From contig CAYGRF010000001.1 in NCBI GenBank assembly GCA_964352275.1, positions 1 through 62,927 of the forward strand: a DNA stretch of 62,927 bases, read 5' to 3'. Shown here in pieces: positions 1 through 10,537 of the stretch (position 1 is its first letter; every line of letters begins with the position of its first letter). The notes beneath the pieces were generated by a model. That model searched no databases. It was not told the origin of the DNA and saw only the letters and a list, made by a program, of their open reading frames with translations. A program made the translations under genes and the position numbers. The DNA comes from an uncultured Caulobacterales bacterium (GTDB lineage Bacteria > Pseudomonadota > Alphaproteobacteria > Caulobacterales > Maricaulaceae).

Positions 1-55
1 ACCTACGACCCCACGCCCCCCAGGCGTGTGCGCTACCGGACTGCGCCACACTCCG
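1..55 (-). tRNA. tRNA-Pro (anticodon GGG), 5' part only; T loop and 3' end lie beyond the window edge
   Basis: Reverse complement of 1-55 reads CGGAGTG-TG-GCGC-AGTCCGGTA-GCGC-A-CACGC-CTGGGGG-GCGTG-GGGTC-GTAGG. That gives an acceptor arm, D arm, anticodon stem with 7-nt loop C-U-GGG-G-G, variable loop and the first T-stem strand. Confidence 0.8.
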
Positions 56-253
56 CAACCAATTGCTCGGCGAATGATGGGCTGTATAAGATGGAAGTGC
101 GGAGCGGGCAACGGCAAAGATGCCGCAGAGGCCGCTTTGAGACATAAATAGACGCGTTTCATGTCTAATGAGGGCTTCACGTTATGATTTATTAACCTCA
201 CCGCGTCATTCTAGCAACACAGTGAATTAGCGAACGCTAGGCGTAGGTCCAAC

Positions 254-2269
254 ATGGTGACGAAAGTCGATAACGTATCATCAGAAACTCAACTGCCAAT
301 GGCCCTGTCAACACTGGGAAAGTGTCTAGGCATTGGCGTCGTGGTTGTTGCCGAGGATATGTCACTGATTTTCACCAACAAACAAACTTTCAAATATCTT
401 GATCTTTCACCTATGGAAGATTTTAAAGACATGAATCTACCAAACATCATGTCATACATGGCCGACCGCGGTGATTTTGGAAAACTCAGTGCGAAGAAAT
501 TTGACGAATTCTCGCATGATGACATTCGTAAATTTTTACTAGCAGAATCCGGCCACAAATTTCCAGGCCGTATCGTCCCGCCTAATGGGAAAATATTAGA
601 CGTAAAGCGTCAAGCCTGCAAAAGCGGATGCTTGATGATCACAATTGAAGATATATCCCGCAAACATGAAAAAGCCGAAGTTTTTAAAATCGCTTCAAAG
701 CTCGGAAAAACTGGCTATTTCACGTATAATTACGATACAGAAACTTTTGAGGTCAACAGTCAATATTTAGATAGTTTATTAACAAGCTCGGAACGTGAAG
801 TTCTAGAAAAAGAGGGGTTTTCAGGCATCTCCCACCCGGACGATGTTGAAGACTCTGAGCGAGAATGGGCAGAAACAGTTCGCCAAGGCAAGCCATACGA
901 TAAAACGACACGCCTAAAAACCAGCCGCAAAGGGGTCGTTTGGTTCCGCATGCATGCGCGTCCACAGCATACCGAGTCCGGCCGTTTATCAAGTGTCGTT
1001 TGCTTTTTTGAAGATGTGACAGACGAACTCGCGCTACAGGATGAACTCCGTAAGGCCAAAGAGCAGGCCGAGAAAACTTTGCAATCACAAAATAATTTTA
1101 TTGCGCGACTTAGCCATGAGATTCGTACGCCCATGAATGCGGTCATCGGCATGACAGACGCGCTTATTCAACACAGCCCTCATCCGGACATTCAGCCCAA
1201 ACTCGAATTGATCCACTCTTCGGCTGATAGCATCATGAATATTCTCGAAGGCACGCTCAATCATTCAAAACTGGACGCCGATAAGCTTATGCTTGACAGC
1301 AAGTCAGGAAATCCGCGCGAAACAGTAGAGAATATTTGCCGTATTTGGGAACCACAAGCCAAGAAAAATGGAACCACAATTCGCTGCCGGATTGATGACA
1401 AAGCGCCCAATGACATCATTTTTGATCGGTTCCGGTATGAACAATGCTTAAATAATTTGCTGTCCAATGCTGTAAAATTCACGCCTAATGGCCATGTCGA
1501 TGTCATCCTGACATTAGTCGACAAACCGGGAAAGCAACCGCGGCTCGTTCTCGCAGTCAGTGACAGCGGTATTGGCATGACAAAAGAGCAACAAGGCCGT
1601 ATTTTCGAAGCTTACACTCAAGCCGACCAATCCATATCCAGCCGCTTTGGCGGCACAGGGTTGGGCATGAGTATTACAAAAAGAATTATTGAAATGATGG
1701 GCGGGAGTATCAGTGTTCGCTCTGAGATGGGAAAAGGCACGATTTTCGCGCTAACGCTGCCCGTTGAAATCACTGAAATTTCTAATATTGATACGAGTGC
1801 GGCCATTATTGACCATATTATGGTCGACCAAGACGCCGCAAAATCTCCATACTCCAATCTCAAAATTCTCGTGGCCGATGACAATCCGATCAACCACATG
1901 GTCGTCGAGTCTTTACTTCAATCCGTTGTTGGGAAAATGTATAAAGCCAATAATGGTCAAGAAGTGCTAGATATTCTTGAAGTACAAGACGTCGATATAG
2001 TGCTGATGGACATTCACATGCCCGTTATGGACGGCATAGAGACAACACTGGCCATTCGGAGCGCCGAAAAGCGTTGGTCAGATATTTTGATCATAGCGCT
2101 TACAGCAGACCCACAATATCAGCAATTGAGACTGTGTAGAAACATTGGCATGGATGATTCACTTGCCAAACCGGTTAAACTGACAACCATTCTCGAGTCT
2201 TTTGACCGTGTACTGAATTTAGACCGGACAAACACCCACTACAAAGAAATTTTTCAAGAAGCGAGCTAA
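254..2269 (+). CDS. hybrid sensor histidine kinase / response regulator (PAS-like N-terminus, HisKA, HATPase, REC)
   Basis: 671-aa ORF. H-box FIARLSHEIRTPMNAV; N box LLSNAVKFTP; G boxes DSGIGM and GGTGLGMSI. C-terminal receiver: ILVADDNPINHMV ... VLMDIHMPVMDG ... ALTA ... KP. Confidence 0.85.
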   Translation: MVTKVDNVSSETQLPMALSTLGKCLGIGVVVVAEDMSLIFTNKQTFKYLDLSPMEDFKDMNLPNIMSYMADRGDFGKLSAKKFDEFSHDDIRKFLLAESGHKFPGRIVPPNGKILDVKRQACKSGCLMITIEDISRKHEKAEVFKIASKLGKTGYFTYNYDTETFEVNSQYLDSLLTSSEREVLEKEGFSGISHPDDVEDSEREWAETVRQGKPYDKTTRLKTSRKGVVWFRMHARPQHTESGRLSSVVCFFEDVTDELALQDELRKAKEQAEKTLQSQNNFIARLSHEIRTPMNAVIGMTDALIQHSPHPDIQPKLELIHSSADSIMNILEGTLNHSKLDADKLMLDSKSGNPRETVENICRIWEPQAKKNGTTIRCRIDDKAPNDIIFDRFRYEQCLNNLLSNAVKFTPNGHVDVILTLVDKPGKQPRLVLAVSDSGIGMTKEQQGRIFEAYTQADQSISSRFGGTGLGMSITKRIIEMMGGSISVRSEMGKGTIFALTLPVEITEISNIDTSAAIIDHIMVDQDAAKSPYSNLKILVADDNPINHMVVESLLQSVVGKMYKANNGQEVLDILEVQDVDIVLMDIHMPVMDGIETTLAIRSAEKRWSDILIIALTADPQYQQLRLCRNIGMDDSLAKPVKLTTILESFDRVLNLDRTNTHYKEIFQEAS

Positions 2270-2329
2270 GCGTCTCTTGACCTCTGCCCCATAAGGATTA
2301 ACTCTATCATCTCAATGAGGGAGATAGAC

Positions 2330-4051
2330 ATGACTTACGGAAAACTTTTAATGGGTAGCGCAGCAATATTTACCCTAGCATCGTGTTCGCAGCCTTCAGT
2401 CGAACAACCCGCGCAGCCTTCAGCCCTATCGGACATTAGCTGGTGCATTTCAGGCGGCCCAATATATACTGCAATTGACTCGGCACCAAAAGTCTCAGCA
2501 CTCGCCGTCAAAGATGGCATCATCACAGCCGTCAGCGAGATGGCACCGCAAGATGATTGGTGCGAATCCAATGCGGGCTCCAGCGCGCAGAAACTTGACT
2601 TAGGGGGACAGACACTCATCCCCGGCCTCACAGATTCTCACGGGCATCTTTTGTGGATCGGTCTTCGAGAAATGATGGTCAATATGACCGGCGCAGAATC
2701 CGTTGGTGAACTGCAAGAGCGGCTCAAACTCGCCGTCTCGGAAACACCCGAAGGGCAAACCATTCATGGACGAGGCTGGATCGAAACCCATTGGCCCGAA
2801 AAACGCTTCCCTAACAAAGACGATCTGGACGCGGTTGCGCCAAACCATCCCGTTATTTTAGGGCGTGCGGATGGGCACGCGGCTGTTGTTAACACGGCGG
2901 CCCTCAAAGCCGCAGGCATTACATCCGACACAGAATCCCCCTTTGGCGGCGACATTTTAAAAGATGAGGCCGGCGAGCCCAATGGCATGCTCATTGATAA
3001 TGCTATGAACCTTGTGGATGCTCTCATTCCTGTTTTGACGGATGAGCGCAAGAAAGCCGCTTATGCCAAGGCCTCAGATGTTTACACAAGCCGGGGCTGG
3101 ACCAATATTCATTCCATGTCCGTGGGCATGGAAAACCTTGACCTTATGAAAGAACTCGCGGCAGATGATAAAATTCAGCTTAAAGTCTACGCATCACCGG
3201 ATATCAAAACGGCCGACGAGCTTAAGCAAGTGCTTGGTTTTACGCCTGGCTCGGATGGACTGATACGCGCCCGCGCGGTTAAGCTATATTCTGATGGCGC
3301 GCTCGGTTCACGCGGCGCGGCCTTGCTCGCCCCTTATGATGATGATCCCGGCAATACAGGCCTGCTCCTGATTACTGAGGAGACCATTATTCCAATTTTG
3401 GAAGAGGCTTTACGGTCGGGCATACAGGTCAACACCCACGCCATTGGAGACCGCGCCAATCAACTCTTACTTAACTGGTACGAAGCTGCGTTTGCGGGTG
3501 TTCCGGCGGAAGACCGCGCCATAGCGGATCCGCGCTGGCGTGTTGAGCATGCCCAGATTTTAGCACCTGATGATATTGACCGGTTCAGAGCCCTCGGCAT
3601 TATTCCGTCCATGCAGCCCTCCCATGCCATTGGCGACTTGCACTTTGCTGTTGACCGTCTGGGTAAAAAGCGCCTTGCCGGTGGTTATGCGTGGCGAAGC
3701 CTCATCGATAGCGGCAGCATCATTGCCGGGGGTTCAGACGCTCCCGTCGAAGTTGGTGATCCCCGTATAGAATTTTACGCGGCAGTGACGCGCCAAGATC
3801 TCAAAGGTTACAGCAATGAAAATTGGTATCCTGAAGAGAAAGTAACGCGTCAAGAAGCTCTTAAAATGTTCACAATTTGGCCCGCTTATGCAGCCTTTGA
3901 AGAGGATAAAACGGGGTCAATTGCCGTCGGTAGAGCGGCTGATTTCACAATATTCAACACGGACATTATGACAGCAGAGCCAACGGATATTCTTAGCGCC
4001 GAAGTGGTTATGACGATTGTCAACGGCAAGGCTGTTTACAAAGCAAAATAG
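2330..4051 (+). CDS. amidohydrolase-family (YtcJ-like metal-dependent hydrolase) lipoprotein
   Basis: Lipobox FTLASC near the N-terminus. Metal-ligand motifs DSHGHL, VNTHAIGD and GGSDAPVE. GAGGGAG lies 6 nt before the ATG at 2330, inside the ORF that opens at 2315. Confidence 0.8.
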   Translation: MTYGKLLMGSAAIFTLASCSQPSVEQPAQPSALSDISWCISGGPIYTAIDSAPKVSALAVKDGIITAVSEMAPQDDWCESNAGSSAQKLDLGGQTLIPGLTDSHGHLLWIGLREMMVNMTGAESVGELQERLKLAVSETPEGQTIHGRGWIETHWPEKRFPNKDDLDAVAPNHPVILGRADGHAAVVNTAALKAAGITSDTESPFGGDILKDEAGEPNGMLIDNAMNLVDALIPVLTDERKKAAYAKASDVYTSRGWTNIHSMSVGMENLDLMKELAADDKIQLKVYASPDIKTADELKQVLGFTPGSDGLIRARAVKLYSDGALGSRGAALLAPYDDDPGNTGLLLITEETIIPILEEALRSGIQVNTHAIGDRANQLLLNWYEAAFAGVPAEDRAIADPRWRVEHAQILAPDDIDRFRALGIIPSMQPSHAIGDLHFAVDRLGKKRLAGGYAWRSLIDSGSIIAGGSDAPVEVGDPRIEFYAAVTRQDLKGYSNENWYPEEKVTRQEALKMFTIWPAYAAFEEDKTGSIAVGRAADFTIFNTDIMTAEPTDILSAEVVMTIVNGKAVYKAK

Positions 4052-6352
4052 CTATTTTATCGATGCTGCGTCTGTTTCCATTTTCGCTCTGATCGCACCA
4101 ATAACCGGCGAGTAACTGTCCGTCCACGCCTTGATACGCATGCTTGGCGTTAAAGTCTCCCATACAGGGTTGCCCGCTGTGATAGATTCTATATCGGCGG
4201 CATTGCCAACCATTACGCCTTTCGTGGCCTCAACAAGGCCCTCATATTCATGACCTGAGAAGTCTGAACGCGATATAAAACGGGCATCTAGGCCTATACT
4301 TTGCGCCGTTTTCACAACGACTGATGACACATCCATGACGCGGTTCGTCGTATGAAAAAACATAATGCCATCATCTTTGAGGCGGGATTGATAAACCGCG
4401 AGAGCTTCCTGGGTCAAAAGGTGTGTGGGAATGGAATCTGATGAAAAAGCATCGATAACAATCAGATCTTGTGAGTTCTTAGGCAGATCCGTGATCGTTA
4501 GCCGTGCATCTCCCGTAATAATTTTTGCATTAGGCGCGCATTCCTGCATATAGCTAAAGTAAGCCGGGTTAAGCGCAACGTCGACAACTGCCGGATCGAT
4601 TTCAAAATACGTCCAGTCATCGCCCGCCTGTTCGTGGCATGCCAGCGCTCCCGCGCCGAGCCCAATAATGGCGGCTGACATTGCGCCTTTGCGGCTGCGC
4701 ACGGCTTTGATGGCTTTATCAAAGCTATTATCAACTGCGTAGTAAGCAAGCGGGACGCGCCGGTTTTCCGGCTCTTGCAACTGAAAATTATGCACTGTAT
4801 CGCCATGTCCAAATACATGGACTGTGCCATAATCGCTGGTGGATTGTGTGACCCGTAAAAGACCAAAAAATGAGCGTTCAGTATGGACGGATTTTTGGAA
4901 AATAAGCGGCAAATACAAACACAGCCCGATAAACACCGCCGCAGACAGTGGAAGCATTTTAGCCCTGAAGGGCTTAAAATTCAGGCCCAGAAGAATAATT
5001 ACAGCTGCAATAATAATGATCAAATGCGTATCGGACGAAATAAACGACAGGCCGATCACCGTCACACATGCAGGCATGAGAAAGCGCAAGCTGAACATAT
5101 AGAGATATTCGCGTACATCCCCCGCAAAATATTGCCGAGACACAGCGAATGTCGCCAACAATAAGACACCAAGAAATTCATACACATTGTTAAAAGCAAT
5201 TGGCGCGATTAAGGCGTTGAAAATACCGCCGAGAACACCGCCTAAAGACATCCAAATGTAAAACTCGGTGAGATGGGATACGTCGGGACGGCGGTCTGCC
5301 AAACGGGAATGACAGTAGAGCGCAATGACGAAATAGCAGCATAAGCTCAGGCCAATAGAAATAATCACGTCATGTTTAAGAACAAACCCAGCGACAATGG
5401 CCAGCACTAAACTTAAAGCAAATGCGGGCGTGAGACCTTGCGTTGTGACAAGCGGTTTTTTCGCAAAGACAATAATGAAAGTCAGCAAATAAAGCCCAAG
5501 CGGCAATATCCACAAGAAGGGCGATGACGCAATATTTTGCGTCATATGCGATGTCAGCCCCAGCATCAGACTTGACGGAATAAATGCGAGGAATACCCAT
5601 AACGCCCGGCTGGATGCCGTCAACGGCTTTGCGCTAGGCGCGCTCAATTCTTCATGAATAGTGCCCAGATTAGGGTTCCTAAAGGCCGTAATGCCCGCCG
5701 CAGCTATAACGCCGATAAGAACGACATACCCCGCAGACCAAAGCCCGGTTTGCTCTTGCAAAACCAGCATAGGTTCAAACAAAACCGGGTAGAGAAATAA
5801 AGACAGCAAGCTTCCGACATTGCTGGCAGCATATAAAAAATACGGGTCCTGCGCATCTTTGTCATTGGTTCGGCTAAACCAGCGCTGGAGGAGCGGCGCA
5901 TTGGCGGAAATAGCGAAGAAAGGCAATCCCACGGATGCTCCGAATAAACCAAGCAGCCAAAAGGCTTGCGCGCCTTCACGCGGCGGCGTCCATCCCGCCG
6001 CGATGGCAAGAGGCAAGAATAAAAGGCCACTGATCAAAACAAGCGTATGGCAAACGACTTGCCATTTCAGCGCTAAATATTTTGATATGAGATGCGCGTA
6101 AATATAACCCGCAAGCAAAACCCCTTGGAAAAATACCATCGCGGTATTCCAGACGTTAGACGAGCCCCCCAAAAGCGGCAAAACCAACTTTGTAAACATG
6201 GGTTGTACGGAAAACAGCAAGAATGCTGATAAGAAAATGGAGAGTGTAAACACACTCACCAAAACCCAAGCGCGGTGTTTCAACGCGTTTCTATCGCCGC
6301 CTTGTAGAATATCAACCATGATCCCAACCCCACTGAGGCCTGACGGCCCCAT
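4052..6352 (-). CDS. polytopic membrane protein fused to a spermidine-synthase-like (class I methyltransferase fold) C-terminal domain
   Basis: 766-aa ORF. About 480 aa form hydrophobic helices. The remainder has AAIIGLGAGALA (SAM/dcSAM-type G-rich loop) and LIVIDAFSSDSIPTHL, typical of aminopropyltransferase-like domains. Confidence 0.65.
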   Translation of the reverse strand: MGPSGLSGVGIMVDILQGGDRNALKHRAWVLVSVFTLSIFLSAFLLFSVQPMFTKLVLPLLGGSSNVWNTAMVFFQGVLLAGYIYAHLISKYLALKWQVVCHTLVLISGLLFLPLAIAAGWTPPREGAQAFWLLGLFGASVGLPFFAISANAPLLQRWFSRTNDKDAQDPYFLYAASNVGSLLSLFLYPVLFEPMLVLQEQTGLWSAGYVVLIGVIAAAGITAFRNPNLGTIHEELSAPSAKPLTASSRALWVFLAFIPSSLMLGLTSHMTQNIASSPFLWILPLGLYLLTFIIVFAKKPLVTTQGLTPAFALSLVLAIVAGFVLKHDVIISIGLSLCCYFVIALYCHSRLADRRPDVSHLTEFYIWMSLGGVLGGIFNALIAPIAFNNVYEFLGVLLLATFAVSRQYFAGDVREYLYMFSLRFLMPACVTVIGLSFISSDTHLIIIIAAVIILLGLNFKPFRAKMLPLSAAVFIGLCLYLPLIFQKSVHTERSFFGLLRVTQSTSDYGTVHVFGHGDTVHNFQLQEPENRRVPLAYYAVDNSFDKAIKAVRSRKGAMSAAIIGLGAGALACHEQAGDDWTYFEIDPAVVDVALNPAYFSYMQECAPNAKIITGDARLTITDLPKNSQDLIVIDAFSSDSIPTHLLTQEALAVYQSRLKDDGIMFFHTTNRVMDVSSVVVKTAQSIGLDARFISRSDFSGHEYEGLVEATKGVMVGNAADIESITAGNPVWETLTPSMRIKAWTDSYSPVIGAIRAKMETDAASIK

Positions 6353-6477
6353 AATCCTTTAGGGTTACGGTAAATGAAAATGATGAATCGGCTGTAAAAC
6401 CACAGACAAAAGTTTTGGCAGACCCGCATGCCCTTATATTAAATGGTGGCCGCGCTACGGTTTATTGGAAGAGGCGC

Positions 6478-6963
6478 TCAATCACGAAAGTTTTTATACT
6501 GAAGCGGTAATTCAAGGCCTAAATCTTTGATGAATTGAATGGCACCTTGAAGGTCGTCGCGTTTCTTTCCGGTCACGCGTAATGTATCACCTTGGATAGC
6601 GACCTGAACCTTCATTTTTGCGCTTTTGATATCTTTGACGATCTGCTTAGCAATATCTTTTTCAATGCCTTCTTTGACAATAATATTTTGCCTCACAGAT
6701 TGCCCCGCAGCAGGCTCAACTTTTTGATAGTCAAGCTGCCCGGGTTCAATGCCGCGTTTATTCAGGTTACTGCGTAAAATCTCGTGCATTTGCTTCAGCT
6801 TCAGATCATCATCGGCAAATACAGTAATCACGCCGTCTTTATGCTCTGCCGTGGATTTAGATCCCTTAAAGTCGTAACGCACGGCAATCTCTCTCGCGAG
6901 GTTTTGCATAGCATTATCGACTTCAGAGAAATCGACTTCGGAGACAACATCAAAAGACGGCAT
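6478..6963 (-). CDS. yajQ: YajQ-family nucleotide/c-di-GMP-binding protein (UPF0234)
   Basis: 161 aa starting MPSFDVVSEVD and ending LPLQYKNFRD, the characteristic family signature. AAGGTG Shine-Dalgarno. Starts 5 nt after the preceding ACAD stop. Confidence 0.85.
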   Translation of the reverse strand: MPSFDVVSEVDFSEVDNAMQNLAREIAVRYDFKGSKSTAEHKDGVITVFADDDLKLKQMHEILRSNLNKRGIEPGQLDYQKVEPAAGQSVRQNIIVKEGIEKDIAKQIVKDIKSAKMKVQVAIQGDTLRVTGKKRDDLQGAIQFIKDLGLELPLQYKNFRD

Positions 6964-6968
6964 TGGGT

Positions 6969-8213
6969 TTACACCTTTGTGTTTGTGTAAGGTTTGAGCT
7001 CTTTGCGCGCAACCTGCATGCGGTGAACCGCATCCGGGCCGTCCGCAAACCGTAAGGTCCGCATTTGGGCATACATATGCGCCAGCGGCGTATCTTGCGA
7101 CACACCTGTTCCTCCAAACATCTGCATCGCTTCATCTATCACTTTGAGCGCCATATTCGGCGCTGCCACCTTGATCTGCGAAATCCAAGGCGCAGCTGCG
7201 CGGGCATCCCCCTGATCCATCATCCAAGCGGCCTTGAGGCAAAGCAGGCGAGCCTGTTCAATTTCGATCCGGCACTGCGCAATAATATCATAATTTGCGC
7301 CCAGCTTGGCGAGCGGGCGGCCAAACGCTGTCCGGCTCACAGCCCGTTTACACATAAGCTCAAGCGCGCGCTCGGCTTGTCCAACTGCGCGCATACAATG
7401 GTGAATACGGCCAGGGCCGAGGCGGCCTTGGCTGACTTCAAAACCTCGGCCTTCACCGATTAAAAGCGCATCAGCAGGCACGCGGACATCCGTCATGCGC
7501 ATGTGCAGGTGGCCATGGGGCGCGTCATCATTGCCAAAAACCTGCATAGCGCGAAGCTTTTCAATACCGGGCAAATCTGCCGGGACAACAAACATGGAGT
7601 GCTGCGCATGGCGGGGCGCTTCATCACGGCCAGCCGTACGCGCCATCAGAATATAGACCTGACAACGCGGATCTCCTGCGCCCGAAGACCAATATTTCTC
7701 GCCGTTAAACACCCACTCATCGCCGTCTTTAACCGCGCTAAAGTCTAGGTTCGTTGCGTCAGACGAGGCCACATCGGGCTCTGTCATCAAGAAAGCAGAT
7801 CGGATCTCGCCTGTTAAAAGAGGCTTGAGCCATGTTTCTTTGTGTCCTGCTGTTCCATAGCGCTCCAACACTTCCATATTCCCGGTGTCGGGCGCAGAGC
7901 AATTGAACACTTCAGGGGCCAGCGCGCACCACCCCATAGGCTCAGCTAGGTAAGCATATTCGACAGTATTGAGACCGAAACCGGCCTTGGAGTCTGTGAG
8001 CCAAAAATTCCAGAGCCCCTGCTCCCGCGCTTTTGCTTTTAAGGTTTCGCGAATTTCGTTCTGGCGTTTTGTGAATTTAAACCGGTCGCCTGCTTTGCCG
8101 ACTTCTGCGTGGTATTCTGCATCTGCATCAAGAATTTCGTCTTGCACCATGCGCGTAACTTTTTCGACAAGCGGTTTGACCCGCTCGCTCATACCGAGAT
8201 CCATAATGCTCAT
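6969..8213 (-). CDS. acyl-CoA dehydrogenase, ACAD10/ACAD11-type
   Basis: 414 aa. MTEPDVASSDATN, GEKYWSSGAGDPRC, GEGRGFEVSQGRLGPGRIHHCMR and RFADGPDAVH match what I recall of the ACAD10/11 dehydrogenase domain. Confidence 0.8.
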   Translation of the reverse strand: MSIMDLGMSERVKPLVEKVTRMVQDEILDADAEYHAEVGKAGDRFKFTKRQNEIRETLKAKAREQGLWNFWLTDSKAGFGLNTVEYAYLAEPMGWCALAPEVFNCSAPDTGNMEVLERYGTAGHKETWLKPLLTGEIRSAFLMTEPDVASSDATNLDFSAVKDGDEWVFNGEKYWSSGAGDPRCQVYILMARTAGRDEAPRHAQHSMFVVPADLPGIEKLRAMQVFGNDDAPHGHLHMRMTDVRVPADALLIGEGRGFEVSQGRLGPGRIHHCMRAVGQAERALELMCKRAVSRTAFGRPLAKLGANYDIIAQCRIEIEQARLLCLKAAWMMDQGDARAAAPWISQIKVAAPNMALKVIDEAMQMFGGTGVSQDTPLAHMYAQMRTLRFADGPDAVHRMQVARKELKPYTNTKV

Positions 8214-8215
8214 AT

Positions 8216-9355
8216 CTAATATCCTTTCATAGTGGCGATAGCGTCCATATGATAATGGGCATCACCAAAGAGTTCTTGCGCGGCGCGAATGCGTTTCAGG
8301 TATAGACCAATATCATATTCATCCGTCATCCCAACGCCGCCGTGCATTTGCACGCCTTCGAGACCCGCCAATTTTGCGACGCTACCGAGTTTGGCCTTCG
8401 TCATCGCCACGATAAGCTCAGCATCTTCAGCCTTGTTATCCAGCGCGGTTAGCGCGGCCAATACGGCAGAGCGGGCAATCTCAATTTCCGAATAAAGATG
8501 CGCCGATCGATGCTGAAGCGCTTGGAACGATCCGATTTCCACGCCGAATTGTTTGCGCTCGCGAATATAATCGGTTGTCGTGCGAAAGGCTTCCGAGCTT
8601 GCGCCCAAAAGCTCAGCTGACAAGATCGCGCGGCCCGCATTAAGAACAGCGCCCAATACGTCCATGCCCTGCCCGACTTCGCCGATCACAGCATCAGCTG
8701 TCACTTCAACATCATCAAAATCAATGTCTGATGCGCCCCGGCTATCGATCAATGCGATTTTTTCTTGCGATATACCTTTGGCTTTCGGGTCAACCAAAAA
8801 CAAAGTCAGACCGTCTATATCGCCGGACTCGCCCGATGTCCGCGCCGCAACAATCAACTGATCCGCCACATGTCCGTCAAGCACCATGCCTTTGCTGCCG
8901 TTAAGCTTAAAACCATTTCCAGATCGCTCCGCGCTCATGGCTGTCGCTTTGGGATTATGTTTGACGCCTTCCTCTAAGGCCAAAGCCATAATGGTTTCGC
9001 CGGACGCGATTTTAGGCAGCCACGCAGCTCTGGCTTCGGCTGAGCCGCCCTGGGTCAGCGCAGTCGCGGCCAGAACCGCCGTTGACAAGAACGGCGATGC
9101 GGTCAGGTTACGCCCCATATTCTCAGCGATAAGACCCGCAGCCATGAAACCCATATCAACGCCGCCATGTTCCTCGCCGATAAGAACACCAGCAAAGCCC
9201 ATTGCAGCCATTTCTTGCCATAAGGCCCGGTCAAAGCCAGTTTCGTCCTGAGCGTCGCGCAATTTACGCATCGCTTTAACCGGTGATTTATCGGCGAAAA
9301 AGCCTTCCGCGCTTTCTGCGAGGAGTTGCTCGTCTTCGTTCAGTACCAATGCCAT
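8216..9355 (-). CDS. acyl-CoA dehydrogenase family protein
   Basis: 379 aa with ACAD N, middle and C-terminal architecture (FQALQHRSA, GGVGMTDEYDIGLYLKR). Separated from each neighbouring gene by 2-3 nt. Confidence 0.8.
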   Translation of the reverse strand: MALVLNEDEQLLAESAEGFFADKSPVKAMRKLRDAQDETGFDRALWQEMAAMGFAGVLIGEEHGGVDMGFMAAGLIAENMGRNLTASPFLSTAVLAATALTQGGSAEARAAWLPKIASGETIMALALEEGVKHNPKATAMSAERSGNGFKLNGSKGMVLDGHVADQLIVAARTSGESGDIDGLTLFLVDPKAKGISQEKIALIDSRGASDIDFDDVEVTADAVIGEVGQGMDVLGAVLNAGRAILSAELLGASSEAFRTTTDYIRERKQFGVEIGSFQALQHRSAHLYSEIEIARSAVLAALTALDNKAEDAELIVAMTKAKLGSVAKLAGLEGVQMHGGVGMTDEYDIGLYLKRIRAAQELFGDAHYHMDAIATMKGY

Positions 9356-9358
9356 TGA

Positions 9359-10537
9359 TTATGCTCCCGGCAATTGCAGAATATGCTTTGAAATAATATT
9401 AAGCTGTATTTCGGATGTCCCGCCCTCAATCGAGTTCGCTTTTGTGCGTAGCCACATGCGCGGCAACTTACCATTATTGGAACGCTCGCTGTCCCACTCG
9501 AGGCCCGAGTGACCTGCCGCATCCATCATGAGCTCAAACTTACGCTTATTCAGCTCGGTTCCGTAATATTTCAGCATGGAACTATCTGCCCCCAAGCTCG
9601 CACCGGCCTTAGCCTCACCCAGTTTACGCTTCATCGTATTGTTAAAGGCCCAATCATCGATCTCGGCTTCAACAACTTTCGCGCGCAGCATAGGATCGGC
9701 AAGCTTACCATCAACTAATCCAAGCGACGCCGCGGCCACTTCGTGCAAAGGACGCGCTACGGCATCATTTTGTCCGCCTATCATCTCGCGCTCATGTGTG
9801 AGCAAATACTTAGCGATGGACCAGCCTTTGTTGAGCTCGCCCACAAGGTTTTCTTTTTCAACGCGGACGTCATCAAAGAATGTCTCGCAAAACGGCGAGT
9901 AACCGGAAATCAGTTTGATCGGTTTTGTGGTCACACCCGGCGTATCCATATCGAATAAAACAAAGCTGATACCGTTGTGTTTTTTGGCTTCGAAATCCGT
10001 CCGAACCAAGCAAAAAATCCAGTCAGCTTGGTCGGCATACGATGTCCAAACTTTTTGTCCGTTGACAAGGAAGTGATCGCCTTTATCTTCGCATTTGGTT
10101 GCCAGAGCCGCCAAATCCGATCCTGCACCCGGCTCGCTATAACCTTGGCACCAGCGGATTTCCCCGCGCGCGATTGGCGGCAGAAACTTTTTCTTTTGTT
10201 CGTCTGTGCCAAATTTCAAAAGTGCAGGCCCAAGCATCCAAATACCAAAGCTTGCAAGCGGGCTTCGGGCGTTAATGCGGTGCATTTCCTGGGCTAAAAC
10301 TTTGCCTTCGGCTTTTGACAAACCGCCGCCGCCATATTCTTTGGGCCATGTCGGAACCGTCCAGCCACGCGCGCCCATACGCTCAAGCCAAAGCTTTTGT
10401 CCTTCGCTCGCAAATGTATAATTGCGGCCACCCCAGCACGCATCATCAAATCCGGACATAGGCGTACGCATATCCTGCGGACAATTTTCCTCAAGCCACA
10501 CGCGCGTGTCGGCCCTGAACTGTTCGAGATCACTCAT
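9359..10537 (-). CDS. acyl-CoA dehydrogenase family protein
   Basis: 392 aa. QGYSEPGAGSDLAAL and GQKVWTSYA motifs; C-terminal GGTSEIQLNIISK. Its start overlaps the upstream kinase stop (TAATG). Confidence 0.8.
   Translation of the reverse strand: MSDLEQFRADTRVWLEENCPQDMRTPMSGFDDACWGGRNYTFASEGQKLWLERMGARGWTVPTWPKEYGGGGLSKAEGKVLAQEMHRINARSPLASFGIWMLGPALLKFGTDEQKKKFLPPIARGEIRWCQGYSEPGAGSDLAALATKCEDKGDHFLVNGQKVWTSYADQADWIFCLVRTDFEAKKHNGISFVLFDMDTPGVTTKPIKLISGYSPFCETFFDDVRVEKENLVGELNKGWSIAKYLLTHEREMIGGQNDAVARPLHEVAAASLGLVDGKLADPMLRAKVVEAEIDDWAFNNTMKRKLGEAKAGASLGADSSMLKYYGTELNKRKFELMMDAAGHSGLEWDSERSNNGKLPRMWLRTKANSIEGGTSEIQLNIISKHILQLPGA

Noticed and set aside
4049-4054. Back-to-back stop codons (TAG/CTA) of two convergent genes with zero intergenic distance and no terminator.
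   Set aside because: It is real in the sequence, but simply a compact convergent junction. No additional structure supports a special function.
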